DNA from: an uncultured delta proteobacterium | GTDB lineage: Bacteria > Desulfobacterota > Binatia > Binatales > Binataceae | DNA: 64,000 bases | Assembly (NCBI GenBank): GCA_963842085.1 | Contig: CAWJET010000001.1 | Location: 2,112,001-2,176,000 of the forward strand | Reading direction: 5' to 3' | Part shown: positions 23,159 to 36,126 of the stretch, one piece after another | Layout of the letters: each line of letters begins with the position of its first letter | Position numbering within the stretch: the first letter of the stretch is position 1 | The notes under the pieces: model-generated | Database searches by the model: none | What the model was told of the DNA's origin: nothing | The model's input: the letters and a program-made list of their open reading frames with translations, nothing else | Made by a program: the position numbers and the translations under genes

Positions 23159-23320
23159 TCACCGCATCATCCCGCCACCCATCACCAGCCAGACCACCAG
23201 GACGATGAGCACGATGGTCATTACGCTCATTCCGCCTCCGCCATAGTAACCGCTGCGGTACCCGTAAAAGCCTCCGCCACCGAACAGCAGGATCAGCAGG
23301 ATAATCAAAAGAAGTATAGG
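23159..23320 (-). CDS. Small membrane protein, DUF3309-like (start uncertain)
   Basis: Manual translation ILLLIILLILLFGGGGFYGYRSGYYGGGG...IVLIVLVVWLVMGG; not in ORF track. Confidence 0.65.
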   Translation of the reverse strand, partial: PILLLIILLILLFGGGGFYGYRSGYYGGGGMSVMTIVLIVLVVWLVMGGGMMR

Positions 23321-23385
23321 ACACCTCTCATACCTTTCATTTCATCAATAGGCAGTCGTATTATGTTGGACTATGAAAAATCAGC

Positions 23386-24252
23386 TCAGGCCGTGGCCAT
23401 AGAATTATTTGCGCGACGATGCACTGGACTTGCAAACCGCTCACGTCCTAGCGGCTTTACGGACGCCGCCTCTGCGAGCGAATGTGGACTACAGCGTTGG
23501 CTGTCGTGCGAAAAGTATTGTTGTGCGCTAGCCTTCGCGTAGAAATCATTCGTCTTAGGCGCCGGGCTGCCTATTGAACTCTCGATCTTATCCGTGCGCA
23601 CGATAATCCGCCGGCCTTGACGAATAACGAGATGCTCACGCTCGAGATCGGCTATATGCTCAGTGACTCGCGGCCGTGTCGCACCCACCAGGCCCGCCAG
23701 GTCATTCTGGCTGAGGGGGACTCGCAAAAGGGTGCCGCGCGACTCTGTGACTCCGAAGTTCGAACACAACTGAAGAAGTGCAAACAAGAGGCGCTCGCGA
23801 ACGTGTAGGCTTTGTCCGAAAAACTGATACCATGGTATCAGATTGTTTTCTTGAAATTTTCTTAAATCAGATCTGAGAGCCTCCCTGGTGATGACGTCGA
23901 ATTGGTCCCAGCTCACACCGCCGAACCTGCAATCGCAATGAGCCTCGCAGCGGAAATGCCACCGGCTGACTGGGAGAGAACCAAACTGGGGGATCGGACC
24001 CGGCGCCAGCAAGGCAATGGTTACACGCTGGCCAACCGGGTTCAGGCAAGTGATCTTCGCCACGCCCCTTAGCAGGACATGGAGACCTGCCGCGAGCTCC
24101 TCTTCAGGAATGATGACCTCGCGCCTTCTGAAGTTTCCCGAATTGAGGGCGGTCGCAAGCTCGTGCAATGCGGCGGGTGAGAGAAACGACAAGGGTTTCA
24201 TCCGATTCAACAAATCAAAGTCGGTCCAAGTCGCGTTCTTCTGTCTGTCCAC
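23386..24252 (-). CDS. Crp/Fnr family transcriptional regulator
   Basis: cNMP-fold N-terminus, LSQNDLAGLVGATRPRVTEHI HTH. Confidence 0.88.
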   Translation of the reverse strand: MDRQKNATWTDFDLLNRMKPLSFLSPAALHELATALNSGNFRRREVIIPEEELAAGLHVLLRGVAKITCLNPVGQRVTIALLAPGPIPQFGSLPVSRWHFRCEAHCDCRFGGVSWDQFDVITREALRSDLRKFQENNLIPWYQFFGQSLHVRERLLFALLQLCSNFGVTESRGTLLRVPLSQNDLAGLVGATRPRVTEHIADLEREHLVIRQGRRIIVRTDKIESSIGSPAPKTNDFYAKASAQQYFSHDSQRCSPHSLAEAASVKPLGRERFASPVHRRANNSMATA

Positions 24253-24915
24253 TTTTCTTTCCTTTTTTTTCAGGGCCGACTAAGACGTCTGTCGAAAGGG
24301 CAGCAAGGGCCGTACCAATCGTCCGGGGCTGCAAGATGATGACTTTTCGGGAAGTTCCGGGCGTCCAGATCGCAGATCGTATTACTTAAACGGCTCCGTG
24401 CGCCAACGAGAATGTATCCAACGGAACCATCACTACGTTCTTTTGGAGACACACGGCTCGCACTATTCGGCGGTTCGCCGACCAGTTTGGCGAAGCTGCG
24501 CGTGAAGTCCGCGACCGAGGCGGCCGCCTGCATTGGACAAGTTCGCACGGCGCGCTCACATCAAGCGGGACGAGAATCTTCGATTCCAACGACTGTGCCG
24601 CCAAGTCTTGAAGAGTGTTCTCCGGGACGTCGAAAGCGATCTAACATTTCCGGAAAAAAATCCCTCCCGTTGGAAGACGAACAACTTGGCTTCGTTTTTG
24701 CTTCGCCATGGGGTTCTCTGGAGAACACAATGTCAGTGTCGTTGGTGACCTTTTCGTTTCCCAAAGAGCCCTGTTTCAAGTAAATAATGCCACAGGGAAG
24801 CAAATCTTGAAGATCCTACGGCATCGAGGCAGGCTTCTCGCTGGCCGAATGGATCAACCAAGCGATCCTAACGAACATGGGGATCGCCTAGCTTGTACGC
24901 CCGAGTCGGCTACGC

Positions 24916-26719
24916 GTGAATCAAACTACTGCCAAAGCTTCTTCTCTGGTCGAGCTCCTTCTCTCGCGGGCGCTCCAGCAGCCCGAGCAACGGATCTACG
25001 GCTACTTGGGTGACGGAGAGATTGAAGCAGCGAACTTGACCTTCGCGGCCTTGGACTGCCAGGCACGGGCTATTGGTTCATTGCTCCAGAGCTACAGGGC
25101 ACGCGGAGAGCGTGCTTTGTTGCTCTATCCAGCGGGTCTCGAGTTCATTCCTGCCTTTTTTGGTTGCTTATATGCGGGGGTCATTGCCGTCCCTATGCCA
25201 CCGCCGAATGTGGCCCAGCCGCAGCGGACTCTGCCGAGGCTTCGCACCATCGCAAACGATGCTCAGCCGACACTGGCGTTGACCACATCGTCGATCCTCT
25301 CCAGGGTTGAAGGCCTTTTCGTGCAAGCCCCAGAACTACAGACAATGCACTGGCTAGCTACCGACAAGGTTGTCAGCGGTGCGGCGCAAGCCTGGCGAAA
25401 CCCTGGGGCGACTAGCGACACTTTGGCCTTGATCCAATATACTTCGGGCTCCACCGCTGTACCCAGGGGCGTAATGGTCAGTCATCGGAACCTTCTCGAG
25501 AACTCGGCTCACATCAGCCAAGCTTTCGGGATTACATCGGACACTGTCTCCGTAACATGGCTGCCGGTTTTCCATGACATGGGACTCACCAACGGAATCA
25601 TCCAACCTCTGTATGGAGGACGTAGGTGCGTTCTCATGCCCCCGCAGTCCTTTCTTCAGCGGCCGCTGCGGTGGCTTCAGGCTGTTTCGCGCTACAAAGC
25701 CACTGTCAGCGGAGGCCCGAATTTCGCGTACGAAATGTGCGCTCGCAAGATTACCGCGGAACAGCGCGACGGTCTGGACCTCAGCAATTGGAAGGTGGCG
25801 TACAACGGTGCCGAGCCAGTGCGTGCGGACACCCTGAAACGGTTTGCTGCGATCTTTGCATCCTGCGGATTCCGCCCAAACTTTTTCTATCCCTGTTATG
25901 GGCTCGCCGAAGCCACGCTGATCGTATCGGGTGGACTGGTGGAAGATGAGCCCGTCCTGTGCACGACCAAGGTGGCGGCGCTCGAGCACAACGGCATCGC
26001 TGAGGTTTCGGACTCTGCGCAGAACGTACGGACGCTGGTTGGATGTGGGCGTGCGATGCCCGGTACAAAAATTGTTATCGCGCATCCTGAATCGATGACC
26101 GCGTGCGCGCACGATGAGATTGGCGAAATTTGGGTATCGAGTCAGAGCGTCACCCAGGGGTACTGGAAGCGGCCAGAGGAAACCCAGCGCCTTCAATGCC
26201 TACCTGGCGGATACTGGCGAGGGGCCATTTCTTCGCACTGGAGACCTTGGATTCTTGAGAGACGGCGAGCTATTCGTCACCGGCCGGCTGAAGGATCTGA
26301 TCATCATCGGCGGCCGCAACCTTTACCCCCACGACATCGAATTGACGGTCGAACAAAGCCATGCGGCAGTGCGGTCAGGAGGCTGCGTGGCCTTTTCAGT
26401 CGATGTCGCCGACGAGGAACGTCTGATCGTCGCCGCCGAAGTGGAGCGCCACTACCAACCGGAGCGGCGCCAGCTTAAGGACGAATCGCGCGACAATTCA
26501 CACGCGAGCAACCAGAACGGGCGGTCTCCGGCGGATCTCGAGCCGGTGAGTCGGGCCATTCGCCGCGCGGTGGCGGAAGAGCATGACGTGCGAGTGCATG
26601 CCGTCGTGCTCCTCAAGGCTGGAAGAATCCCGAGAACTCCCAGCGGCAAGGTTCAGCGCCGTGTGTGCGAGGCCAGGTTTCGCGACGGGACGCTGAAACA
26701 GTACGCGAAGAGTGAGTGA
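24916..26719 (+). CDS. Fatty acyl-AMP ligase (FAAL), frameshift ~26190
   Basis: QYTSGST, WLPVFHDMGL, YGLAEATL in ORF 24916-26478; FLRTGDLG, GRLKDLII, PRTPSGK in ORF 26114-26719. Confidence 0.9.
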
Positions 26720-29700
26720 TGGCCGGAAATCAAACTAACGGCGCGATCCGGCATGACGCCGAGCGAAATGGACATCCCGCGAATCGGAATCCTGATCCCG
26801 GCGCGGAAACGATCCAGGCCTGGCTGGTATCCAAACTTTCCGAGTTGCTGGAAATCGAAGCGGACGAGATAGACGTCGGGGAACCATTCGCCAGCTACGG
26901 ACTGGGCTCGACCGAGCTGGTCAGTCTCTCCGGCGAACTTGCGGATTGGCTCGGACGAGATCTTCCGGCCGAGTTGGCATATGAGTTCCCGACCATCGCA
27001 GCTCTCGCCCGCGGATTGGCGGACTCATCAAGCCCGTCGCAGCCGGCCACCGAAGCGAGCCTGGTTCGGGAAGGGAATGGCGAAGCGATCGCCATAATCG
27101 GGATCGGCTGCCGCTTTCCTGGCGCACAGGACGCGCGAGCTTTCTGGAATCTGCTTCGCAACGGCGTGGATGCGATCCGGGAAGTTCCGGCGCAACGCTT
27201 CAACCTGCACGATTTTTACGATCCCGATCCCGTAGCGCTGGGCAAAATGGTCACGCGCTGGGGAGGTTTCCTCGAGGATGTGGACCAGTTCGATGCGCAT
27301 TTCTTTGGTATCTCGCCGCGAGAAGCTGCACGCATGGACCCGCAGCAACGCCTGTTGCTGGAGGTGGCTTGGGAGGCACTGGAAGACGCCGGACAGGTGC
27401 GGGAGCGGCTTGCGGGCACATCCACCGGCGTGTTCATCGGCATCTCGAACAACGATTACGGACGGATTCAATTTAGTGATCTGGATCGTATTGACGCCTA
27501 CGCGGGCACGGGCAATGCCCTGAGTATCTCGGCCAACCGTATCTCCTACGTATTTGATTTCCGGGGACCGAGTATTGCAATCGACACTGCCTGTTCATCG
27601 TCACTCGTCGCGGTCCACCAGGCCTGCAACAGCCTGAGAAGCGGAGAGTCCACTCTGGCATTGGCCGGAGGCGTGAACCTGATCCTGTCGCCTGCCATTA
27701 CGATCAATTTCACCAAAGCCGGAGCAATGGCGCCCGACGGGCGCTGCAAAGCCTTCGACGCGCGCGCCAACGGCTACGTTCGCAGCGAGGGCGCCGCGGT
27801 CGTCGTTCTAAAGCCGCTGTCGAGAGCCTTGGCCGACCGCGATCCGATTTATGCCGTTATTCGCGGCAGTGCTGTGAATCAGGACGGACGCAGCAATGGC
27901 CTGATGGCGCCGAATCCTCAAGCCCAGGAAGCCGTCCTGCGAGAAGCCTATCTCCGCGCCGCAGTCTCGCCCGGCGAAGTTCAATACGTCGAGGCCCATG
28001 GCACCGGCACTCTCCTGGGTGATCCTATCGAGGCTAAAGCCTTGGGCGCGGTGCTTGCTCTCGACCGTCCTCCCGAGCGGCCGTGCCTGCTGGGCTCGGT
28101 CAAAACCAACCTTGGTCACCTCGAGGCCGCGGCGGGTATCGCCGGATTAATCAAGGTCGCGCTGACGCTGCAGCACCGTGAGATCCCACCGAGCCTGCAT
28201 TTCGAGGAGCCCAACCCTCATATTCCGTTCGATCAACTACCGCTGCGCGTGAACACGAAGCTGTGCCCATGGCCTGCACAGCCGGGTGCAGCCCTGCTGG
28301 CCGGCGTGAGTTCATTCGGTTTTGGTGGAACCAACGCCCATGTGGTCGTGCAAGGGGCTCCTCAATCCGATTCGGGAATGCATGCTGCGCAAGGCGAGAA
28401 CGGAAATCGCGAAGCCACGTCCACATACCTGCTGCCTTTGTCGGCACGCAGCGCACCGGCTCTGCAGTCTCTCGCGCGAAGCTACCACGACTTCCTGATT
28501 GATCCGGAGTTAAGGTCGTCGCCCCACGACATTTGTTACGCGCGGGCGCACGGCGAAGTCATCACGAGTACCGGCTTGCCGCGACCGGCAACTCAGCCGC
28601 GGAACTCGCGGAGGGGCTTGAGACTTTTCTTCGTGGAGAGACTCGTCCCGGGCTGTCTGCCGGCCGCAAGCTTTCCGATCGACAAAGAAAACTGGTCTTC
28701 GTATTTCCTGGACAGGGTCCGCAGTGGTTTGGGATGGGGCGAACACTCTTGCAGCAGGAAGCGGTCTTTCGCGAAGTAATCGAACGCTGTGACCGAGCGA
28801 TGCGCCCCCATGGAGGCTGGTCCTTGCTCGCGGAACTCTCCGCCACCGATGCGGCCCGCTCGCGGCTGAACGAAGTTGACGTTCTACAGCCGGCCCTGTT
28901 TGCGATCCAGGTTGCACTTACGGCCCTGTGGCGTTCATGGGGTATCGAGCCGCACGCGGTAGTGGGTCATAGCATGGGCGAGGTCGCGGCCGCTCACGTT
29001 GCGGGAGCGCTAAGCCTCGAAGATGCGGCGCGGGTGATATGCAACCGCAGTCGCCTTGTGAAACCGACGATTGGGCGCGGAGCAATGGCGGCAGTGGAAC
29101 TTTCCATCGCTGACGCCCGGCGCGCCATTGCCGGCTGCGAAGATCGCGTATCGATCGCCGTCAGCAACGGTCCCACGTCGACGGTTTTGTCAGGAGATAC
29201 CGCCGCGCTTGAAACAATCGTCAATCAACTGCAGCGTCAAGACATCTTCGGCCGAATGATCAAGGTTGATTTTGCCGCTCACAGTCCGCAGATGGAGCCT
29301 CTTCGCGCTGAGTTGGAGCGCGCGTTGGAAGGACTACAGCCCCGACCCGCGTCGGTGCCAATCTACTCGACTGTAACGGGCCAGGTCGCCGACGGCTCGA
29401 GCTTCGACCCGCTCTATTGGAGCAGTAACCTCAGAGAGCCCGTCCTCTTTTCAACTGCGGTTCAGCAATTGCTGAAAGATGGACATGACATCTTTCTTGA
29501 GGTCAGTCCGCATCCCATTCTACTCAGTAGTATTCAGCAGGAATTTAGTCATGCCGGGATAGAAGGCGCGGTAATCCCGTCGCTAAGGCGTGAGGAAGAG
29601 GAAGGCAAAGTATTGGCCGGGTCGCTGGGGACGCTTTACACCCTGGGATATCCGATCGAGTGGAGCCGCATATATCCCGAGGGAGGCCGATCCGTTCGGC

Positions 29701-32700
29701 TTCCGTCCTACCCATGGCAACGGGAGCGGTGCTGGATGGACACGCCGGCCGGCGACATCGGCAATCGATCCCAGTGCGTCTCGAGCGACGCAGTGGGCAA
29801 GCATTCTCTTCTCGGCCGGCATTTCAAATCGGCGCAAACGGAAACCCACTTCTGGGAGGGCGTTCTGGACAGGAGCGCGCAGTCCTTTCTGGATGACCAT
29901 CGCGTCGAAGGACTCACGGTGATCCCCGCCGCGCTCTACGTCGAGATGGCTTTGGCGGCCGCGGCTGCGGCGTTCCCGTCGCAGTCCTTTGTGCTGAAAG
30001 ATATGGAATTCAGGAAAGCGCTCTTCCTGCCCGACGGCGCAACCCGCACGACTCAGGTGATCCTCTCTCCCGGTGCGGACACAACCGCATCAGTTCATAT
30101 CTACAGTTGCCCGCGCGATGGAGAGCAACCCAATCGAACGTGGACACTGCATGCGACAGCAAAGATTTGTCCTGAGCCAGCCCCAGGCATTTCCCCGGTT
30201 GTCGAACAGGAAACACTCGCTCAACTCCAGGCTCGATGCTCAGAGCAGATCTCCGGACAAGACTACTATTTGAGGCTTCGCGAAAGTGGTGTCGATTACG
30301 GCCCCTCCTTCCAGAGCATCACTCGGTTGTGCCGATGCGATCGTGAAATGCTGGGTGAAGTGAGAGTTCCCGATGGAGCGCATCGAGAGTTCGACGCCTG
30401 TCAATTCCATCCTGCCCTTCTGGACGCTTGCTTTCAGACCCTTGGAGCGGGTGTCGCCGCTGATGCGACGGGAAACAATGAACAGGGCACCTACATGCCC
30501 ACTCATATAGATGAGATTCGGGTCCACGGTGGTCAGGGTTTGCATCTGTGGAGTCACGCCCATTTGCAAGAACCCGATTTCGATAGCGTCAAGGGAGACG
30601 TACGGCTCCTGGACGAAGCTGGCCACGTGGCGGTCGAAATTGTCGGCCTGCGCTTCGATAGCATCGGTCGCGATACGAAGCGCGCCGGCGATGAGAACTT
30701 GGAAGATTGGCTCTACGAATTCCAGTGGAAGCTGAGAGAGCGTCCGGGTGAACGGCCGGGAGCGGAAAAATCTGCGCCAGCTACTCGGTCCAACTGGCTT
30801 ATCTTTGCGGACAGCAGCAGCGTCGGAGAGAAGCTGGGAGCACTAATCAAGGCACAAGGAGACGGCAGCATCCTGGTCGCTCGCGGCGAATCGTACGAGC
30901 GCGCGGATGGCGAGCATTTTCGCATCAATCCGGAACGGTTGGAGGACATGCGCCGGCTTCTCGAGGCGGTGTTGGCGCAGGATCGGGCAATTTGCCGCGG
31001 GGTTGTGCATCTTTGGAGTCTTGACGCAGCTCCTCCAGAGGAGACCACCGTCACTTCGCTGAAGGCTGCCCAGACTCTCGGCTGTAGCAGTGTCTTACAG
31101 TTAGTCCAGGAGCTGGCCAGGGTCGAACGGCATCACTTACCTCGCCTATGGTTGATCACGCGTGGCGCTCAGCCAGCGGGGGAAGAGACCTTGCCCCTGG
31201 ACACGGCCCAGTCGCCGCTTTGGGGATTGGGTCGCGTTATCGCTCAAGAGCACCCTGTTTTTTGGGGAGGACTGATAGACCTGGAACCCAGGCATTCAGT
31301 TGCCGAGGACGCCCCTCATCAGTTGTGGAAAGAAGTCTCTGCCGCAGACGGAGAAGATCAGATTGCGTTCCGACAAGGTCGGAGATACGCAGCTCGCCTG
31401 GTGCGCAAACCTCGATCTAACGCGCAGCTCGCTCCCCTTATCTGGCGCGCTGACGGCTCCTACTTGATCACAGGCGGACTGGGAGACCTGGGCCTTTCGG
31501 TTGCCCGCTGGATGGTGGAGCACGGCGCTCGGCGGTTGATTCTTATGGGACGCACCAAGCTTCCGCCGCGCGCGCGATGGAACTCAGCAGAAGCGGGGAG
31601 CCGGCTGGCCTGTCAAATTGCCGCGATTCGCCAGCTGGAAGCCCTGGGAGCGTGCGTACATCTGGCATCGGTGGATGCGGCAGATGAAGGACAGTTACGC
31701 GCCTATCTGGATCAGTATCGAGCTGAGGGTTGGCCGCCGATCCGGGGCGTCGTGCATGCGGCGGGAGTTCTGCAGGACGGACTGCTGATGCAGCTCGACA
31801 GGGACGCATTGGATTCGGTCTTGCGCCCCAAGGTGATGGGTGGCTGGCTGCTGCATCGCCTGCTTGAAGACGCGCCCCTGGACTTCTTTGTACTGTTCTC
31901 TTCGGCGGGTTCCCTCCTGGGCCAGCCTGGCCAGGGAAACTACGTGGCAGCCAACGCCTTCCTGGACGCACTGGCGCATCATCGAAAAGCCCTGGGCAAG
32001 ACGGCGCTCAGCATCAATTGGGGAGCGTGGAGCGGATTGGGCTTCGCGGAAGCGCCGGGAGGAAAGCGCCTTGCCGCGCGCCTCGCGCTCCTCGGAATCA
32101 AGAGCATCGCACCTGAGCAGGCGCTGGAAGTGATGGATCGGCTGCTCCGGCAGGGCTCGACCCAGGTCGCGGTGGTGCCCGTTGACTGGGCGCGGTATCG
32201 CCAGTTCTATCCGGCGGGAACAGAGTCGCCGCTGCTGTCTGAGCTTGCACGTGAGGAAGCTGACAACTCACCGCAAGCAGGTCATCCATGCGAGAAGAGG
32301 GATAGGCTCATTGCCGCAGAACCAGCGGAGCGCCTTCAGTTAGCCCTGTCCTACCTGACAGAGCTGGTGGCTCGTGTACTAGGGCAGTCCGCATCCAAGG
32401 TGGACGTACAACAACCGCTGAGCACTATGGGACTGGACTCTCTGATGGCGGTCGAGTTGAAAAACCGGATCGCAGTTGACCTGGGCGTCAACCTGCCCAT
32501 GGTCACCTTTCTCTCGGGACCCAGCGTCGAGCAGGCTGCGTCGCAACAGATCCTTCTACTTACATCTGAAGCTTTTGCTGTGTCAGTGCCGCTTGGCTCG
32601 GTAAATGGTCACCCCCGAGGACAGCAAGGAAACGGCGGCATCGAGGAACATCTGTTGGAAAGTCTTGACCAGTATTCCGATGAGGAACTGAATTCGTTGC

Positions 32701-32741
32701 TCACAGATCTATTGGCTAAAGAGGAAGTCAGTGAAAAGTGA
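26716..32741 (+). CDS. Type I PKS ACP-KS-AT-DH-KR-ACP, frameshift ~28540
   Basis: GLGS ACP, DTACSSSL/EAHGTGT/NLGHLE KS, GHSMG AT, HRVEGLTVIP DH, GGLGDLG KR, GLDSL ACP. Confidence 0.92.
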
Positions 32742-34321
32742 ATAGTAGCACTTCCCAGCGAATCGCCGATCTTTCACCGGGCGAAAAGCGTGCTCTGCTG
32801 GCCGAGCTTCTTCGAAAAAAGGCAGGCCAGTCCGCGTCCTCTCATCCGCTCTCCTACAACCAGCAAGGGATATGGTTTCTTTGCCAACTCGCTCCTGAGA
32901 GCTCGGTTTACAATGTCAATTTTGCGGCGCGCATAAGCGCTGAAATAGATATTTCGGCACTAAGGCGCGCGCTTCAGGCGCTAGTCGATCGGCACCCCGC
33001 CCTGCGCACTACGTTCCCCGTGCGTTGCGGCAAACCGATCCAGCGAGTCCACGAAGCCCAGCAGGTTCATTTCCAGGAAGTGGAATGTTCGAGCTGGAGC
33101 CCCGAGGAACTAAACACCCGATTGCTGGAAGAGGCCTACTGTCGATTTGATCTGGAGCAAGGGCCTCTGCTGCGGGTGACCCTGTTCACTCAATCGGCAC
33201 GGGAGCACATTCTCCTGCTGGTAGTGCATCACATCGTCATCGATTTTTGGTCGCTCGCGATACTTCTCGATGAACTCGGGGTACTATACCCGGCGGAAAG
33301 CGTGGGCGTGAAAGCGCCCCTGCCTCCTCTCGATTTAAAATACACAGACTATGTCCGTTGGCAGGCCGATATGTTGGCAGGCCCGGAAGGAGAGCGGCAG
33401 TGGACCTACTGGCAGAAGCAACTTGCCGGGCAGCTGCCGGTACTTCAGCTTCGGACTGATCGGCCGCGCACCCAGAATCCGACTTATCGAGGCGCGTCTC
33501 ACGACTTCGGTATGGACGCGGAACTGAGCTCTGGGCTCAAGGCGTTGGCCAAGGCTCACGGAGCGACACTGTACATAGTGCTTCTGGCGGCGTTCCAAGT
33601 GATGCTTTCCTACAATAGCGGCCAGGAAGACCTGTTGGTGGGATCTCCTATGGTGGGCAGGAGTCGGGCCGAGTTCGAAGGAATCGTCGGCCTCTTTACA
33701 AACCCGGTCGTCTTGAGGGCAAATCTGTCCGGGAACCCGACGTTCCGAGAATATGTTCGCCAGGTTCGCCACACCGTGCTGTCCGCTCTCGAGCATCAGG
33801 ATTACCCCACCGTTCTATTGGTTGAGCGCCTGCGGCCGCCCCGCGATCTTAGCCGCCCGCCGCTGTGCCAGGTGATGTTCGTGCTCGACAAGCCCCATCG
33901 GCTCGCGCAACCAGGCGCGTCTGCATTTGTGGCGGCCGAAACAGGGCTGCGCATGAATCCCGGGGGACTTGTCCTGGAGTCGGTGGCGCTGGAACGCCGT
34001 GCCGCCACTCTCGACCTGGTCTTGTTGATAATCGAGGGGCAGGAATCGCTGGCCGCTTCCATGCGCTACAACAGCGACCTGTTTGATAACGCGACCATTG
34101 CCCGGATGTCGCAGCATTACGAAATACTTCTGCGTCGCATTCTTCAAGAGCCCACCGCCAGACTGGATGCGCTGAAGCTCGCACTCGCCGCGGCGGACCG
34201 GCAACAACAGGTGAACGTCCGGAGGAAGCATAAGGAAGTCAACATTCAAAAACTCAAATACATCAAGCGCAAGAACATCATAACGTCGCAACTGAGCATT
34301 GAAGCCGTCGCGCGAAAGTAG
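32738..34321 (+). CDS. Stand-alone NRPS condensation domain protein
   Basis: PLSYNQQGIWF, HHIVIDFWS, N-terminal docking-like helix, basic C-terminal tail. Confidence 0.9.
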   Translation: MNSSTSQRIADLSPGEKRALLAELLRKKAGQSASSHPLSYNQQGIWFLCQLAPESSVYNVNFAARISAEIDISALRRALQALVDRHPALRTTFPVRCGKPIQRVHEAQQVHFQEVECSSWSPEELNTRLLEEAYCRFDLEQGPLLRVTLFTQSAREHILLLVVHHIVIDFWSLAILLDELGVLYPAESVGVKAPLPPLDLKYTDYVRWQADMLAGPEGERQWTYWQKQLAGQLPVLQLRTDRPRTQNPTYRGASHDFGMDAELSSGLKALAKAHGATLYIVLLAAFQVMLSYNSGQEDLLVGSPMVGRSRAEFEGIVGLFTNPVVLRANLSGNPTFREYVRQVRHTVLSALEHQDYPTVLLVERLRPPRDLSRPPLCQVMFVLDKPHRLAQPGASAFVAAETGLRMNPGGLVLESVALERRAATLDLVLLIIEGQESLAASMRYNSDLFDNATIARMSQHYEILLRRILQEPTARLDALKLALAAADRQQQVNVRRKHKEVNIQKLKYIKRKNIITSQLSIEAVARK

Positions 34322-34884
34322 AATTACCCGAATGCAAATGGACGTTATCGAAGGGTTCCGGCTTTCACCGCAGCAAAGGCATCTATGGTCGTTACAGCAG
34401 CACAGCGGCGACGAACTGCCGTATCGTGCGCAATGCGCCATCCTCATCGAGGGGAGCCTCAACCTGCGGGTTCTAAGGGCTGTCCTGCGGGACATCTCAG
34501 ACCGATACGAGATCCTCCGAACCACTTTTCGTTGTCCGCACGGAATGACAATTCCTCTCCAAGGAGGTAAGGAGGAAAGTGCGCCTTCGATAGAGGAATA
34601 CGACCTGAGCACCTGCGACCCTTTGCGCCAAGAGGCGGAAATCGAAGCACTGTTTCAGGAACTTGGCCGGGTTCCCTTCGACCTTGCGAACGGGCCGGTC
34701 CTGCATATCTCCTTGCTAACCCTTGCGGCCGACCGGCACATGTTGTTCGTCAACGTGCCTTCGCTTTGCGCGGATGCGGCATCACTCAGGATTCTAGTGC
34801 GTGAGATCAGCCGCCGCTATTCAGCTTTCGTACGCGGCCAAGAACCATCAGGCGACCCTTCTCAATATGGTGATTTTGTTGCTA

Positions 34885-34913
34885 TTGACAGTCATCACGA
34901 TCTGCGCTAATTT
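34885..34913 (+). promoter_or_regulatory. sigma70-like promoter overlapping the left IR
   Basis: TTGACA-17 bp-TAATTT. Confidence 0.6.
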
Positions 34914-34919
34914 AACGTC

Positions 34920-35036
34920 ATGCCAGAGCGAGGACACGGAGCGCGCAATGTTCGCTTTATCTTGATCATTCTGTGCTGGCTCATCGCTATTCTGGTGTTT
35001 GTGCTGGCTGTTAACTACGCGGTGCTCAATCAATGA
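34920..35036 (+). CDS. 38-aa single-TM peptide inside the IS
   Basis: MPERGHGARNVRFILIILCWLIAILVFVLAVNYAVLNQ; stop overlaps transposase ATG (ATGA). Confidence 0.45.
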   Translation: MPERGHGARNVRFILIILCWLIAILVFVLAVNYAVLNQ

Positions 35037-35935
35037 TGACTTACGAACAATTCAACAAAGCGTTCTCGACCGATGACGCCTGCAAAGAATACATCGTTGC
35101 CAAGCGCTGGCCCGATGGCGTGCGATGCCCTCGCTGCAATCGGAAAGAGAAAGTCTACAAGCTGAAAGCGCCGTTCCGATGGACCTGCTGCAACAAGGAT
35201 TGTGGCGGGCGCTCCGGTTATCGATTCAGCGTGACCACTCACACGATCTTCGAGGATACAAAAGTCTCGCTGCGCATCTGGTTTCAAATCGGCTACTTGA
35301 TGTGGACTGCGAAGAAGGGACTTAGCTCGCTGCAAGTCCGGCGCGTCATTTTCGGCGAGGACTCGGGCACCGACTGGCGTACCGCTTGGTACATCTGCCA
35401 TCGTTGGCGCGCTGCGATGAAGGGCGATGCGATGCCGCTGACTGGCGACGTGGAAGTTGATGAAACCTTCATCGGCGGAAAGGCGCATAACATGCACGCC
35501 AAGGACCGCAAGCGCGCCGCGCTCACCGGCACCAAAGGCAAAGTCGCTGTCATCGGCGCAATCGCTCGCAAGGGAATGGTCGTGGCAAAAGTGATCGAGA
35601 ACACCGACACCGCAACTCTCGACAGTTTCGTTCGCCAGACCGTTTCCAAAGACGTGAAGCTGATCGCGACCGATGAGCATTCGGGATACCGGCTGCTTGG
35701 AAATTTCCTGCCGCATCGCGTCGTCCGCCACGGTCAAGGCGAATACGTGGTCGGCACCACTCACACCAACAGCATCGAAGGATTCTGGAGTCTGTTCAAA
35801 CGCGGAATCATCGGTTCGTATCATAAAGTGAACAAAGCCTATCTACCACTGTACGTGAATGAATTTGCGTGGCGCTTCAACAACCGCAAAAATCCGAACG
35901 CCTTTGCCGATTTGATTGCGACGTGCAGTAACTAG
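35033..35935 (+). CDS. IS1595 family transposase
   Basis: RWPDGVRCPRC Zn ribbon, VEVDETFIGG, ATDE, HTNSIEGFWS, EFAWRFNNR. Confidence 0.95.
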   Translation: MMTYEQFNKAFSTDDACKEYIVAKRWPDGVRCPRCNRKEKVYKLKAPFRWTCCNKDCGGRSGYRFSVTTHTIFEDTKVSLRIWFQIGYLMWTAKKGLSSLQVRRVIFGEDSGTDWRTAWYICHRWRAAMKGDAMPLTGDVEVDETFIGGKAHNMHAKDRKRAALTGTKGKVAVIGAIARKGMVVAKVIENTDTATLDSFVRQTVSKDVKLIATDEHSGYRLLGNFLPHRVVRHGQGEYVVGTTHTNSIEGFWSLFKRGIIGSYHKVNKAYLPLYVNEFAWRFNNRKNPNAFADLIATCSN

Positions 35936-35967
35936 CGGGCACGCCATCGAAGCGCTAAAGTATCGGG

Positions 35968-36126
35968 GTGGCTTCCACAAAGCGAAGTGGCCGACCGGCC
36001 CGCAAAAGAAAATACGTCCCAAGTCCGGAGCAGCGCGCCGAAGACGAAAAATTGCGCGAGAAACTCCGCGGCTTCGATTTGAAGACTTTCGATAAAGCAT
36101 TGGATCGCGCGCTCCGCTCACGCTAG
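35968..36126 (+). CDS. 52-aa basic peptide inside the IS
   Basis: GTG-start manual translation MASTKRSGRPARKRKY...FDKALDRALRSR. Confidence 0.45.
   Translation: MASTKRSGRPARKRKYVPSPEQRAEDEKLREKLRGFDLKTFDKALDRALRSR

Noticed and set aside
35030-35824. 264-aa ORF antisense to the transposase
   Set aside because: No recognisable motif; fully overlaps a clear IS1595 transposase
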